This document shows positions 1 to 10,869 of a DNA stretch of 64,000 nt, one piece after another. Made by a program: the position numbers and the translations under genes. The notes under the pieces were generated by a model. The model had not been told where the DNA came from. It was given only the letters and a program-made list of their open reading frames with translations, and did no database searches. Positions within the stretch are counted from its first letter, which is position 1, and every line of letters starts with the position of its first letter. The DNA comes from an uncultured Methanosarcinaceae archaeon (lineage in GTDB: Archaea; Halobacteriota; Methanosarcinia; Methanosarcinales; Methanosarcinaceae): the NCBI GenBank assembly GCA_963847185.1, contig CAWJYV010000007.1, positions 832,001 through 896,000 of the forward strand, in the 5' to 3' direction.

Positions 1-25
1 ACGTAAACTACGGGGCATAAACTAC

Positions 26-1759
26 ATGAAAATGAAATATAAAACACATCGTATACTTTTAACTTCAATATCCTTTCTTTTGTTTTTGAGTCTATTTTCA
101 TCTATGGTATCGACAGCTACTGCACAAGGTACCTCCTCTACAGCTACATATGCATATATTACGAATGGAGGCAGCAATAGCGTCTCTGTGATTGACACTG
201 CCACAAACACTGTTGCAGCCACTGTAAGCGTGGGCAGTAGTCCTCAAGGAGTTGCGTTTTCTCCTGATGGAACCCTGGTATATGTGGCTAATTTTGGTAG
301 TGGTACAGTCTCTGTAATCGATACAGCCACAAATGCTATTGCAGCCACGATAAATGCAGGGAAAAATCCTTATAGTGTTGCAATCACGCCGGATGGAACA
401 AAAATATATGTGACAAACTACGGCAGCAGCACTGTCTCTGTAATTGATACGACAACAAACAAATTAATATCTACTCTGAGTGTAGGGGGTCAGCCTTTTG
501 GAGTTGCAGTCACGGAAACAGAAGCATATGTGACAAATGACGAAGATCAAACTGTCTCTGTAATTGATACAACCACAGACACCGTTACATCCACTATCGA
601 TGTGGAAAACGAATTCCCAGGTGGAGTTGCAGTTGCAGGTTCAGAAGTGTATGTGACAAGTGGGAGTACAGGCAATGTCTCTGTAATTGACATTGCCACA
701 AATACTGTTACAGAAACCGTATCTGTAGGAGCTAAACCTCATGGGGTTGCAGTTTCTCCTGATGGAACAATGGTATATGTGGCTAACCTTGGTAGTAACA
801 GTGTCTCTGTAATTGATACAGGCACAAAAGCTGTTGTAGCGACGGTGAAGGTAGGGAAAAGTCCTTACGGAGTTGCAGTTTCTCCGGATGGGAATGACGT
901 ATATGCAGTAAACGACCACGATAACAGTGTTTCTGTAATTGATACGGACACTAATACAGTCAGAGCGACTGTAAAGGTGGGGGATCTCCCTAAAGCTCTG
1001 GGTCAATTTGTAGGTACTATCCCTGTACCCGAAAAAATCCCTGAAACAAAAGAAGATGAGGACAATTCAACAGAATCAGAAAAAAATACAGGATCAGAAA
1101 AAACTGAAATCACTCAAACGAACAATGTAAATTATTATAATAATACTCAAACAAATAATGTGAATTATTATAATAATCATAATGAAACAAATACTGTAAA
1201 TTATTATGACGATGAACCTGCAGAAAAGACTGGAAATTCAGGATCGGAACATGAAAACGACATTGAATCAGATCCTTCAAAAGCATCTTCTGCAAGTGTG
1301 AACCTTCACGGAGAAAAAACGAAAGTAGCTAAAGGAGAAGACATTTTGCTCAAGCTTTCAGCCGTGAATCTCATTACAAAACCTACAATGCACGTCCAGG
1401 CCATTATCATTCCTCCTTCGGGAATGAGTGTTTCTTCTACAGAGTTTGTTGAATCCGGTGCTGGTCAATATACGACTACATACGAGCTTGAACCCGGTAA
1501 GGGAAGGGATATTGAAGTCAGAATTGCAGCCAATCAGGTAGGAGATTTTAATGTTACAGGCAGGGTAGTTTACTACTTTGGAAATAACAAAAAAGATGGA
1601 GAAGATTATACACTTGATCTCCCAATTCAAGTAGAAGCTCCAGTTCCTCCAACCACGTATGAATCCGCTTCTGGACTCATTAATTCTATACCCGGACTTG
1701 GAGCGCCAGGCCTTGTATTCATACTAATGCTGGTGTTTATTTTAAGAAGAAATAGTTGA
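26..1759 (+). CDS. YVTN beta-propeller cell-surface protein with C-terminal PGF-CTERM-like anchor
   Basis: Signal peptide; about 7 repeats of YV(T/A)N..S..VSVID; internal TQTNNVNYYNN repeat; C-terminal SIPGLG + hydrophobic helix + RR. Confidence 0.9.
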   Translation: MKMKYKTHRILLTSISFLLFLSLFSSMVSTATAQGTSSTATYAYITNGGSNSVSVIDTATNTVAATVSVGSSPQGVAFSPDGTLVYVANFGSGTVSVIDTATNAIAATINAGKNPYSVAITPDGTKIYVTNYGSSTVSVIDTTTNKLISTLSVGGQPFGVAVTETEAYVTNDEDQTVSVIDTTTDTVTSTIDVENEFPGGVAVAGSEVYVTSGSTGNVSVIDIATNTVTETVSVGAKPHGVAVSPDGTMVYVANLGSNSVSVIDTGTKAVVATVKVGKSPYGVAVSPDGNDVYAVNDHDNSVSVIDTDTNTVRATVKVGDLPKALGQFVGTIPVPEKIPETKEDEDNSTESEKNTGSEKTEITQTNNVNYYNNTQTNNVNYYNNHNETNTVNYYDDEPAEKTGNSGSEHENDIESDPSKASSASVNLHGEKTKVAKGEDILLKLSAVNLITKPTMHVQAIIIPPSGMSVSSTEFVESGAGQYTTTYELEPGKGRDIEVRIAANQVGDFNVTGRVVYYFGNNKKDGEDYTLDLPIQVEAPVPPTTYESASGLINSIPGLGAPGLVFILMLVFILRRNS

Positions 1760-2430
1760 GATTAGATTGAATAGATTAGAATCAAAATATTCTTACATTT
1801 TTCTGCAGAAAATGAAAAGATTGATTACAAATATTTTTTTTCTCTCATTTTCTCAGGGATTAACTATTTTTCTTCTTTTGCAAATTTCCTGAAATTTTAT
1901 CTTTTTTTTGATGTTTTTAAAAGTAAAGCCATAATTGTGTTTTTGGAAGAATTAGTCCCCACACTTCAGAACAATCTCCTAATTTATACCTTGTTTTCTC
2001 GTATCTAATTACATTATAGACTTATTTACATTCTATTACTTTATTCAAGGTTGCCTCTAAAATTCAGACTCTCTAAAAGTTTATTTGCTCAAAATAAACT
2101 TTTTTAAAATTATAGGTATTAAAAGTAAGTTTATATTTTAGCCAGTTAATTTTGCGACTGTCGCCCCGCAGACAACCGGGAATACAATTGAAACAAAGTA
2201 AGACTCACTAAAGTAGGACTAACAATTTGTATATTTTCAGTAAAAATAAAACAAAACTTATGCAATTGAGTTGAATAAAATTAGCAGTTTGAACATCAAG
2301 TACTACAATTATCTCCAGGAATATCTTCAGTCATATTAAGAAATTAAGAAATATTTTAAATTTATAATCAGGATGGACTTGATCTGCTTTTTTCATATCA
2401 AATGCATAATTCCAACTAAAATTAAAGCAG

Positions 2431-2769
2431 GTGAATCTTGTGAAGATAAAACACATAATAGCTTTATGCCTTGTTCTCATTCTCGTATTACCGTCTACGG
2501 CACTTGCAGCCACAAAACCAAACGCGAGCTTCAAACCAAGTGTAACATCCGGTTATGCTCCGCTGAAGGTAACATTTACGTATACCGGAGGCAGTACAGC
2601 AGGTGTCATATCACATAAGTGGACCTACGGTGATGGAGCTACTTGCCAAACATGCTGGCATCCAACGCACAAATATACTAAACCCGGAAAATACAAGGCT
2701 ACTTTAACTGTGAGGACTGCTACAGGAAGCAATACAAAAACATGCTACATAATCGTAAAAAAGAGGTAA
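2431..2769 (+). CDS. small secreted PKD-domain protein
   Basis: Signal peptide; SGYAPLKVTF...WTYGDG...PTHKYTKPGKY PKD signature. Confidence 0.88.
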   Translation: MNLVKIKHIIALCLVLILVLPSTALAATKPNASFKPSVTSGYAPLKVTFTYTGGSTAGVISHKWTYGDGATCQTCWHPTHKYTKPGKYKATLTVRTATGSNTKTCYIIVKKR

Positions 2770-2775
2770 ATACTT

Positions 2776-2802
2776 AGGTGGTTCTCTACCACCAGGCTTT
2801 TT
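2776..2802 (+). terminator. hairpin plus T-tract after the PKD gene
   Basis: ggtgg-ttctcta-ccacc followed by ggctttttt. Confidence 0.45.
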
Positions 2803-3031
2803 TGTAAATTGCTCTTGGATTGACGAAATCTTTCGATATTTCATTTAGTCTTATGATGCCGATTTCATAAATGACATCAGAGTTTATCTAACAGGAATTA
2901 AAAATTAAGAATAGATAAGAGGACTAAACCTCTTATCATCATTTTTCGTCTAAAGTTTTGAGATTTATTTTTATTCCAGCTTTGATTCTGCTTTTAATTT
3001 TGTTCTTGATTTTTCTTTTAATTCTACTTTT

Positions 3032-5293
3032 TTATTTTTCTTGTATTCTTTTGAATAACGATAAGCAAAGGACACAGGCCACTATAGATTCAACTTCGAA
3101 GCCTGGCGCACTTTGGCTTTCTTTCTGTTTTTCCTGTCCACCTTCCAGTTCTGCACTGGTAGTATTATTTTTATTAATTGCTCCAGTTTCTGATTCAGGC
3201 TGCATTCCTGTTGTAATTTCGTCAGAATTTTTTTCTGTTCCTGTTATTGCAAAGGAGGAATATCCAGACACATTGGCTGTGAAATACAGGAACTTTTCGT
3301 CTTCCCCTGAGCAGTTAACCGGAAACTGTTCCCATTTTTCCCCATTATACCAGTTCAAGGTTATTGAAGCCGGATCTATACTTTTATTCTGCAGCCATGA
3401 CTTTTCAACTTTGAAGCATACTACCGGGTTTTCGATATTTTTCGAGCTTGCAACTCCCCCGTTTCCGACCCATACATTGAAAGATTTATAGACCTCTCCG
3501 GCAGGCAGTTCTGAAACCAGAGTTGATGTTCCTTTCAGCATTTCGGCAATAGCTGTTGTTTTTCCCAAAGTTTTCTTTGCATCGAAACTCACATACACGA
3601 CACAGGTTACGTTCTTTGTGAAATTAAACTCTGTCTTTTTACCGCTTGTAATGAAAACCTGTGAAAGCTCTTTCACTTCAACATTCTTTGCAGGTTCGGG
3701 AGAGCCGCCTGCACCTCCACTACTTCCTCCACTGCTGTGGCTGCTTCCTCCATTGGAATCACTTCCGTCGCTGGAACTGCTTTCCTTAACAGTTATTATT
3801 GCAGTGTTTGAGGTGGTGCCATTTGCATTACTTACTTTCAGATTGACAGTATAGGTCCCTGGAGCCGTATATACATAAACCGGATTCGTATCTACGGAAT
3901 CAGCTTGTCCGTCGTTGTTGAAGTCCCAGATTCTTGATATTCCTTTTTGGGAATAATCATAAAACTGTACTGTCAGAGGGGCATAGCCCTCAGTAGTATT
4001 GCTACCAAAATTTGCAATCGGAACATTTGGATCTGCAACGGCAGGATCTGTAACGATTATGTAATTTCCTTTCATCACTGTAGCGTTATTTGTAGCACTT
4101 TTCATAGTTAGACTGACATTGTAATTTCCTGGCTTTGTAAATGTGTGTGTTGCGTTCATGGCATGTTCTGAAGTTATGCCATCGCCGAAGTCCCAGAGCC
4201 AGGAAGCGGGTGCTAATCCAGTACTCGTGTCAGTAAATAACACAACTAAAGGTGCTGCGCCGGAAGTCACATTAGCAGAAAAATCTGCTGCTGGTATGGT
4301 GGATTCGGCTGCAAGGTCATACACATAGATGCCTTTATCGCTAGTACCAGACCCAAAGGTGGTGTCGAAGCCCCAAACAACTATGTTCCCATACACGTCT
4401 GGTGTCGTATAAACTTCTCTCGGATTATTATATATTGGTGTACTTTGTCCGGTGGGAATATCGTATACATACACACCTGCGTAGCCAAACTGGTCATCGC
4501 CAGACTTTGAATAAACGATTTTGTCTCCATTTATATCTATGTGCGTCCCGGTATCATCGCCAGCATCAACGGCGTCAGGTATTAGGGTATTACCTGTATT
4601 GTCACTGGTGACATCTATAGTTTCTTTTGTATCGATGTTATACATCGAAATGTATCCCATTCTGGTGTAGAAATCCGACCAAATAACTTTGTTACCATAA
4701 ATGTGTGGTCGGTAAAGATTACCGTCACGATGTCGGGCTAATATAGTCTCATTAGTGAGAATATCGTATACATAGATACCTTCCGCGTCAATACCGTCAT
4801 AAGAATATGCTATCTTGGTATCGTATATGTCTGGGTCCGTACCATCTGTCACTCTAGTCTGTGTGGATGTAGATATGTCCCGCATATATACTCCACCGTT
4901 TGCACTCCACACAATTCTGTTGCCGTAAATAGCAGGTTTGCTCCAGCTGTCCACATCCTTTGTTATATACGTTTTTGCGGCAGTTGATATGTCATATACA
5001 GCAAGCCTTGGTGTTCCACTGCTGTTGTCATGCCATACTAAAATGTTTCTGTAAATGTCTGGATTGGATGCTGCAGAAGAGTCAACTATAGTGTCTGTTC
5101 TGGCAGTCAGGTCATAAACGTGAATAACACCGCTATCTGCCCACACCACTTTGTTACCATAGACAGCAGGATCAGATCCATTACCAACTTTAGTCACCTG
5201 TGCAGCTGACGCTGCTGAGGCTAAAATCAAAAATACAAAAACTAGGAGTGATAAAGCTAAAGCTGTTGAATATAGCTTCCCCTTATTTTTCAT
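3032..5293 (-). CDS. cell-surface protein: beta-propeller repeats, two PKD domains, PGF-pre-PGF domain, PGF-CTERM
   Basis: Signal peptide; P.IYGN.(V/I)VW repeats; WDFGDG and WDFNNDG PKDs; Gly/Ser linker then SPEPAKNVEVKELSQ...FAITG; terminal APGF. Confidence 0.9.
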   Translation of the reverse strand: MKNKGKLYSTALALSLLVFVFLILASAASAAQVTKVGNGSDPAVYGNKVVWADSGVIHVYDLTARTDTIVDSSAASNPDIYRNILVWHDNSSGTPRLAVYDISTAAKTYITKDVDSWSKPAIYGNRIVWSANGGVYMRDISTSTQTRVTDGTDPDIYDTKIAYSYDGIDAEGIYVYDILTNETILARHRDGNLYRPHIYGNKVIWSDFYTRMGYISMYNIDTKETIDVTSDNTGNTLIPDAVDAGDDTGTHIDINGDKIVYSKSGDDQFGYAGVYVYDIPTGQSTPIYNNPREVYTTPDVYGNIVVWGFDTTFGSGTSDKGIYVYDLAAESTIPAADFSANVTSGAAPLVVLFTDTSTGLAPASWLWDFGDGITSEHAMNATHTFTKPGNYNVSLTMKSATNNATVMKGNYIIVTDPAVADPNVPIANFGSNTTEGYAPLTVQFYDYSQKGISRIWDFNNDGQADSVDTNPVYVYTAPGTYTVNLKVSNANGTTSNTAIITVKESSSSDGSDSNGGSSHSSGGSSGGAGGSPEPAKNVEVKELSQVFITSGKKTEFNFTKNVTCVVYVSFDAKKTLGKTTAIAEMLKGTSTLVSELPAGEVYKSFNVWVGNGGVASSKNIENPVVCFKVEKSWLQNKSIDPASITLNWYNGEKWEQFPVNCSGEDEKFLYFTANVSGYSSFAITGTEKNSDEITTGMQPESETGAINKNNTTSAELEGGQEKQKESQSAPGFEVESIVACVLCLSLFKRIQEK

Positions 5294-5832
5294 TTCTTTC
5301 TCCCCGAATAATTTCTATCTTTCAAAGATAGTTCAGTTTATATAATCTGCATATTTTTTCTTTCGATTTTCCACTATAAACTCAAACTAATAAAGTTAAG
5401 TGTGATTATATTTATATGTTTATGTTTTAAATATAAAATTATTGTCGTAGTTAATGGACAAAGGGCGCATATTACTGAGAACTTTCTTTTTTCAAATTCG
5501 CTCCTTTCTTTTTATATTGATTGTTTTTCTCCAAAGATTCATTTAAGCAGATATGTTATTTTCCGAAATTTTGGAGATGCTTTTTCTTTTTAATACAAAA
5601 TTAATATTTTTAGGACTCTTGATTGGGTTTCTCATTGATTCCTATTCCTAACTTGTGCAGAGTTGTGGAATCTTAATTTTTTGTGTTATGTATACATCTG
5701 GCGAGTAACTTAACCAAATATCCATAAAATATAGAAAAATATTAGTATTCATCATGAGTCTTTAACTTTAATTGTAATGATATATTCGATTTTATAAAAG
5801 AGAAAAAACTCAATCTCAAAGGGTAAAAACAT

Positions 5833-8586
5833 ATGAGTAATAATCAGACTCCGGAGCAGAAGGCCAGAAATGATATTGATAGAAAGCTAAAAGATGCTGG
5901 CTGGGTAGTTCAGGAAAAAAGCAAGATTAAGTGGAATGCTTCCAGGGGAATTGCTGTTAAGGAGTATTTGACTGACGTGGGGCCTGCTGATTATGTATTA
6001 TTTGTTGATAAAAAGCCCGCTGGGATTATTGAGGCGAAAAGAGATGAAGAGGGTCACCGGTTAACCGTTGTTGAGGAACAATCTTCCGAATATGCTGCAA
6101 GCAAACTAAAGTACCTTAATAATGACCAGCTTCCTTTTGTTTACGAGAGTACAGGGGAACTTACCCGATTCACAGACTTTCGTGACCCTAAACCAAGGTC
6201 AAGAACCGTTTTTTCTTTTCTCCGGCCTGAGACCTTTGACGACTATCTTAATAAGAGACCTTTGAGAGAAAGGCTACTGGAAATTCCTGAATTAAGGACA
6301 GAAGGGCTGCGGGACTGCCAGATAACAGCAATTTCAAATCTTGAAAAATCCTTTCAGGACAACCGCCCGAGGGCTCTGGTCCAGATGGCAACAGGTTCAG
6401 GGAAAACCTATACTGCCATAACCTTTATCTATAGATTGCTGAAATTTGCGGATGCTAAAAAGGTGCTGTTCCTTGTTGATACTAAAAATCTTGGTGAGCA
6501 GGCAGAACAGGAATTCATGGCTTACGTACCAAATGATGATAACCGCAAATTTACCGAGCTGTACAATGTGCAGCGCTTGCGCTCAAGTTATATCTCTTCA
6601 GACAGCCAGGTGTGCATTTCAACAATCCAGCGGCTTTACTCTATATTGAAAGGCGAAGAGCTGGACGAGAAAGTTGAAGAAGAAAACCCTGCTGAAAGAG
6701 GCTGGCAGCCAAAGGAGCCTCTTCCTGTCGTATATAATGAAAAGGTTCCCATCGAAGAGTTTGATTTTGTTGTCATAGACGAGTGCCATCGCTCCATATA
6801 CAACCTGTGGCAGCAGGTACTTGATTATTTTGACGCGTTTTTGATAGGCCTGACAGCCACGCCGGACAAACGTACTTTCGGGTTTTTCAATGAAAACGTG
6901 GTGAGTGAGTACAGTCATGAAGATGCTGTGGCAGATGGCGTGAATGTGGGTTATGATGTGTACATGATCGAAACAGATATCAGCAAAAATGGGGGAAAGA
7001 TACCTGCTTACGAATATGTAGACAGGCGGGAGAAACTCACCCGTAAAAAGCGCTGGGAACAGCTGGACGAGGATTTCACCTATACTGCTAAAAAGCTGGA
7101 CGGGGACGTGGTCAATCCCAGCCAGATAAGACATGTGATACGAACATTTAAGGATAATCTGCCTGAGATCTTCCCTGGCAGAGAGGAAGTCCCAAAAACC
7201 CTGATTTTTGCCAAGAGCGACAGCCATGCCGATGATATTATCAATATATTGCGGGAAGAGTTTGGAGAAGGCAATGCTTTTTGCAAGAAAGTGACCTACA
7301 AAGCGGAAGAAGACCCAAAATCAGTGTTGTCAGCTTTTCGCAATGATTACAATCCCAGGATAGCAGTTACAGTGGACATGATTGCTACGGGTACGGATGT
7401 CAAGCCTCTGGAATGCCTGCTCTTTATGAGGGACGTCAAAAGCCTGAATTATTTTGAGCAAATGAAGGGCCGGGGTACGCGAACCCTGGGATATGATGAC
7501 CTGAAAAAGGTGACAAAATCGGCTGTTTCTGCCAAAACGCATTTTGTAATCGTAGACGCCGTTGGCGTTACAAAAACCCTGAAAACAGACAGCCGGCCTC
7601 TGGAACGCAAGAAAAGTACGTCTCTTAAAGACCTGCTTGCAGCAGTAACTTTTGGCGCTCAGGATGAAGATCTTTACGTTTCCCTGGCAAACAGGCTTGC
7701 AAGGCTGGGCAGGCAGATAAGTGAGGACGAAAGAGTTACTTTTGCCGAAAAAGCGAATGGAAAAACCCTCAATCAGACCGTGAAGGACCTTCTCAATGCA
7801 TATAACCCTGATATCATCGATCTCAAAGCTTCCGAGATTAAACAGAGGCAGCCGGAAATTCAGGAAGCCGATGCAAAGAAAAAAGCGCAGGAGAATTTGA
7901 TTGATATTGCCAGATCCACTTTTTCCGGCGAGCTGAACGAATATATTGAAAACGTTCGCAGGGTCCATGAGCAGATAATCGATACCGTGAACACTGACAC
8001 CCTTCTAAGAGCCGAATGGGACAAAGACGCTGTAGTAAGGGCAGATGAGCTAATCAGCGACTTTAAGGCATATCTGGAAGCTAACAAAGACGAGATTACA
8101 GCCCTGAGAATTTTCTATAACCAGCCCTACCAGCGTAGGGAAGTTACTTTCACAATGATAAAAGAAGTGCTGGCTAAACTGAAGCTGGAAAAGCCCCATT
8201 TTGCCCCCTTCAGGATCTGGCAGGCTTACGAGCAGCTGGAAAACGTGAACGGAAATTCTCCGAAAAATGAACTTACAGCTCTGGTTTCCCTGATCCGCAG
8301 GATTACCGAAATTGACCCTGTGCTAACAGCCTACGACCAGACCGTAAACAGGAACTTCCAGGACTGGGTGTTCAAAAAACAGGCAGGAACCCTGAAATTC
8401 AGCGAAGACCAGATGAACTGGCTCCGTATGATTAAAGAATATGTAGCAACCAGCTTCCATCTGGAAATAGACGACCTTGATTATACTCCCTTTGATGCTT
8501 TCGGCGGGCGCGGCAGGATGTATCAGCTTTTCGGAGACGAGATGAATATGGTTATCAGTGAATTGAATGATGTTCTGGCGGCTTAA
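5833..8586 (+). CDS. hsdR: type I restriction enzyme R subunit
   Basis: Nuclease ADY...IIEAK; Walker A MATGSGKT; DECHR, LTATP and QMKGRGTR helicase motifs; hsdS and hsdM nearby. Confidence 0.95.
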   Translation: MSNNQTPEQKARNDIDRKLKDAGWVVQEKSKIKWNASRGIAVKEYLTDVGPADYVLFVDKKPAGIIEAKRDEEGHRLTVVEEQSSEYAASKLKYLNNDQLPFVYESTGELTRFTDFRDPKPRSRTVFSFLRPETFDDYLNKRPLRERLLEIPELRTEGLRDCQITAISNLEKSFQDNRPRALVQMATGSGKTYTAITFIYRLLKFADAKKVLFLVDTKNLGEQAEQEFMAYVPNDDNRKFTELYNVQRLRSSYISSDSQVCISTIQRLYSILKGEELDEKVEEENPAERGWQPKEPLPVVYNEKVPIEEFDFVVIDECHRSIYNLWQQVLDYFDAFLIGLTATPDKRTFGFFNENVVSEYSHEDAVADGVNVGYDVYMIETDISKNGGKIPAYEYVDRREKLTRKKRWEQLDEDFTYTAKKLDGDVVNPSQIRHVIRTFKDNLPEIFPGREEVPKTLIFAKSDSHADDIINILREEFGEGNAFCKKVTYKAEEDPKSVLSAFRNDYNPRIAVTVDMIATGTDVKPLECLLFMRDVKSLNYFEQMKGRGTRTLGYDDLKKVTKSAVSAKTHFVIVDAVGVTKTLKTDSRPLERKKSTSLKDLLAAVTFGAQDEDLYVSLANRLARLGRQISEDERVTFAEKANGKTLNQTVKDLLNAYNPDIIDLKASEIKQRQPEIQEADAKKKAQENLIDIARSTFSGELNEYIENVRRVHEQIIDTVNTDTLLRAEWDKDAVVRADELISDFKAYLEANKDEITALRIFYNQPYQRREVTFTMIKEVLAKLKLEKPHFAPFRIWQAYEQLENVNGNSPKNELTALVSLIRRITEIDPVLTAYDQTVNRNFQDWVFKKQAGTLKFSEDQMNWLRMIKEYVATSFHLEIDDLDYTPFDAFGGRGRMYQLFGDEMNMVISELNDVLAA

Positions 8587-8616
8587 ATTCAATTTTTTCA
8601 GTAGAACATCCTGATA

Positions 8617-10053
8617 TTAAACGAAATGATAACCTCCGTCACTATATCTTACCAGAGTTGCATTTAGGTTATCGTCCAGCATAAGATTCTGGTTATTAAT
8701 AGAAACGCAAACGTCCATGTGAGTTCCATAAGTACGTTCAAATGAAGTTCTAACGAATGTGCAGTTAGTTAAATTTATCTGTGGAAAATCTTGATAATTT
8801 CTTGAATAGTGCTTATAGGTTCCATTCCTGAGAAATGCTATTTTTTCAACCACAGGTGTGTTAATTAGTTCCTCTCCAGTATCATCAATTGCAAAGAGAC
8901 TGTATGTATATGAGTCGCTATTTTTTACTGGAAGTGTTGTTATGTTTATTTCAGGTTTGACTTCTAATGCATAGACAATTTTGGTCCATCTGATGCCATT
9001 GAGAGAGGAGGGAGAAGATCTCATCATGTTTTCCGAATCTGCTTTATTGAGGAATTCAAATACACTTCTGTTTACCCACTTGCAAAAAGATGGAGCACCA
9101 TCACGGTTTAAGTCATATGTTTCTTCTGAATAGCCAAAAGCCGTTGCGTAATTGAAGCGTTCTGCCAGTCTTAAAGCTTCAATACTTTTTTCGAAAGAGG
9201 CTGAAGAAACAGGAGTTCCTTTATACATCAGTGAAAATGATTCATTGTACAGCGAATTAACCTGAAAAACCGCAGATCTGTTTATGGTTTGTCCGGGAGA
9301 TAGAGTCGTACTTTCAATTTTGTTTTCTTCTTTGAGGCTTGAAAGCACCTCCAGATGTGATCTTTCATAAAAACCGTAAGGATCCAGATTTGTAGTATTA
9401 AATATATGGTCCCCATCACGCAAATGAAGTTCATTTAATTTAAAATCGAGGTCCTTTGAACCATTATTCTTTATTGAAAGACCATATACCACGTAATACC
9501 TTTCATTGAGATTATATCCGAGTTTGCTTTCTGCGGGGTCCCCAGCACCACTGTATTCTTTAACTCTGTATATGCAAAGCTTGCCATTTTCCTTTTTTAC
9601 TTTTAATTGGATATCATTGGGGGTTATTAAAGCAGTTTTTCTATTGTCTGCAAGTTTTAGTTCCAGAGAATTGTTGTGCGTAAAAACACGGATAGTATTA
9701 TTGTCATAGGTTTTAATTATCTGTGCATTACTTACCCAATCAATTCCCAGATCATTCATGAGGTATTCGCTGAGGTTGTTACTTTCGTTACCTGGAACAT
9801 TATCCCAGCTAAACAGGTATCTTAATACATTTTCCGAATTATCATGCATATAAATGCTTGAAAAGGATGTCACTTCGATTTCAGGGATATTTTCCTCTTC
9901 ATATGATAGGCTTTCAGATGACAGGTTTTCTGGTGTTATATTTACTGAATCTTGATACGTTGATTTATTTGATTGTACGGCATTCTTTTCTTCAATGCAT
10001 CCGCTAAAAATAAGAAATATTATCAGAACAAATAATAGCATTCGCAATCCCAA
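8617..10053 (-). CDS. hypothetical lipoprotein
   Basis: 478-aa ORF; hydrophobic N-terminus ending in lipobox-like IFSGC; gggatga RBS upstream. Confidence 0.8.
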   Translation of the reverse strand: MGLRMLLFVLIIFLIFSGCIEEKNAVQSNKSTYQDSVNITPENLSSESLSYEEENIPEIEVTSFSSIYMHDNSENVLRYLFSWDNVPGNESNNLSEYLMNDLGIDWVSNAQIIKTYDNNTIRVFTHNNSLELKLADNRKTALITPNDIQLKVKKENGKLCIYRVKEYSGAGDPAESKLGYNLNERYYVVYGLSIKNNGSKDLDFKLNELHLRDGDHIFNTTNLDPYGFYERSHLEVLSSLKEENKIESTTLSPGQTINRSAVFQVNSLYNESFSLMYKGTPVSSASFEKSIEALRLAERFNYATAFGYSEETYDLNRDGAPSFCKWVNRSVFEFLNKADSENMMRSSPSSLNGIRWTKIVYALEVKPEINITTLPVKNSDSYTYSLFAIDDTGEELINTPVVEKIAFLRNGTYKHYSRNYQDFPQINLTNCTFVRTSFERTYGTHMDVCVSINNQNLMLDDNLNATLVRYSDGGYHFV

Positions 10054-10178
10054 TCATCCCTGCTTAATTCCAATGTTACGATATTCCCGAGATGTTTTTC
10101 TTCGTTTGCGACTCTAATATAGCATAATATAGCATATATGCCTTTATACAGTTCAAACTTTTGATTTAATCCCTGAAA
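10023..10178 (-). repeat. dispersed leader repeat, copy A (lipoprotein 5' end plus upstream region)
   Basis: Aligns by eye with 11151-11298 and partly with 14901-14993 (core tttttcttcgtttg...atatatg...ttttgatt...gaaa). Confidence 0.85.
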
Positions 10179-10264
10179 CATTGATCAAGAGAGTATATAA
10201 CTGACAATTTACAGGCAGAATTGGCAAAAAAACGAACTGAATTTATTACTCTCGATAATAATAG

Positions 10265-10280
10265 CGCCAGTCTTATATAC
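10265..10280 (+). promoter_or_regulatory. putative TATA-type promoter of hairpin array 1
   Basis: cgccagtcttatatac about 24 nt before the terminal repeat; matched by cgccagtattttatatt before array 2. Confidence 0.55.
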
Positions 10281-10302
10281 AGGAACTTACATATTATATA
10301 TT

Positions 10303-10869
10303 GTTCACAAGGAACTAAGCTGTAAAATGAAGCAAATTCAGGATAGCGTAAAACCTGATCCCGCAATGAACTTCATTGACGTACAAGCTTAAAATGAAGC
10401 AAATGCAGGACGGCTTGAAAACCGATCTCGAAATATACTTCATTGACGTACGAGCTTAAAATGGAGCAAATGCAGGACAGCCTGAAAACTGATCCCGAAC
10501 TCTACTCATTGACGCGTAAGCTATAAGGTGGAGCAAATTCAGGACGGCTTGAAAACCGATCCTATACTATACTTCACTGATGCTTTACTGCGAGATGGAG
10601 CAAATTCAGGACAGTCTGAAAGCTGACCCCGCAATGAACTTCATTGACGTGCGAGCTTGAAATGAAGCAAATTCAGGACAGAGTAAAATCTGATCCCGTA
10701 ATATACTTCATTGAAGTGTAAGCTGTAAAATGAGGCAAATTCAGGACGGTTTGAAAACCGATCTCGCAATCTACTTCATTGACGTACTAACTTAAAATGA
10801 AGCAGATTCAAGACAGGTTAAATTCTTACCCGCAATAAACTTCATTGTTGCAGACCAAGCCTTGTGAAC
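10303..10869 (+). ncRNA. putative multi-hairpin ncRNA: 8 tandem ~67-bp structured units inside a 10-bp terminal inverted repeat
   Basis: Unit stems start at 10326, 10393, 10460, 10527, 10594, 10661, 10729, 10796; AATGAAG pairs with CTTCATT; GTTCACAAGG (10303-10312) pairs with CCTTGTGAAC (10860-10869). The repeat is directly seen; the RNA status is inferred. Confidence 0.6.

Noticed and set aside
10303-10869. CRISPR array
   Set aside because: Whole units are homologous along their length, there are no unique spacers, and no cas genes are in the window.
10303-10869. CsrB/RsmZ-like sponge (repeated CAGGA) or c-di-GMP-I riboswitch (GCAAA...GAAA...CGCAA)
   Set aside because: The GGA is base-paired with TCC rather than looped, the second riboswitch stem is absent, and no downstream gene is controlled; the resemblance is superficial.
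10303-10869. Integron attC cluster or retron msr-msd
   Set aside because: No RYYYAAC/GTTRRRY boxes per unit, no cassette ORFs between units, and no integrase or reverse transcriptase in the window.
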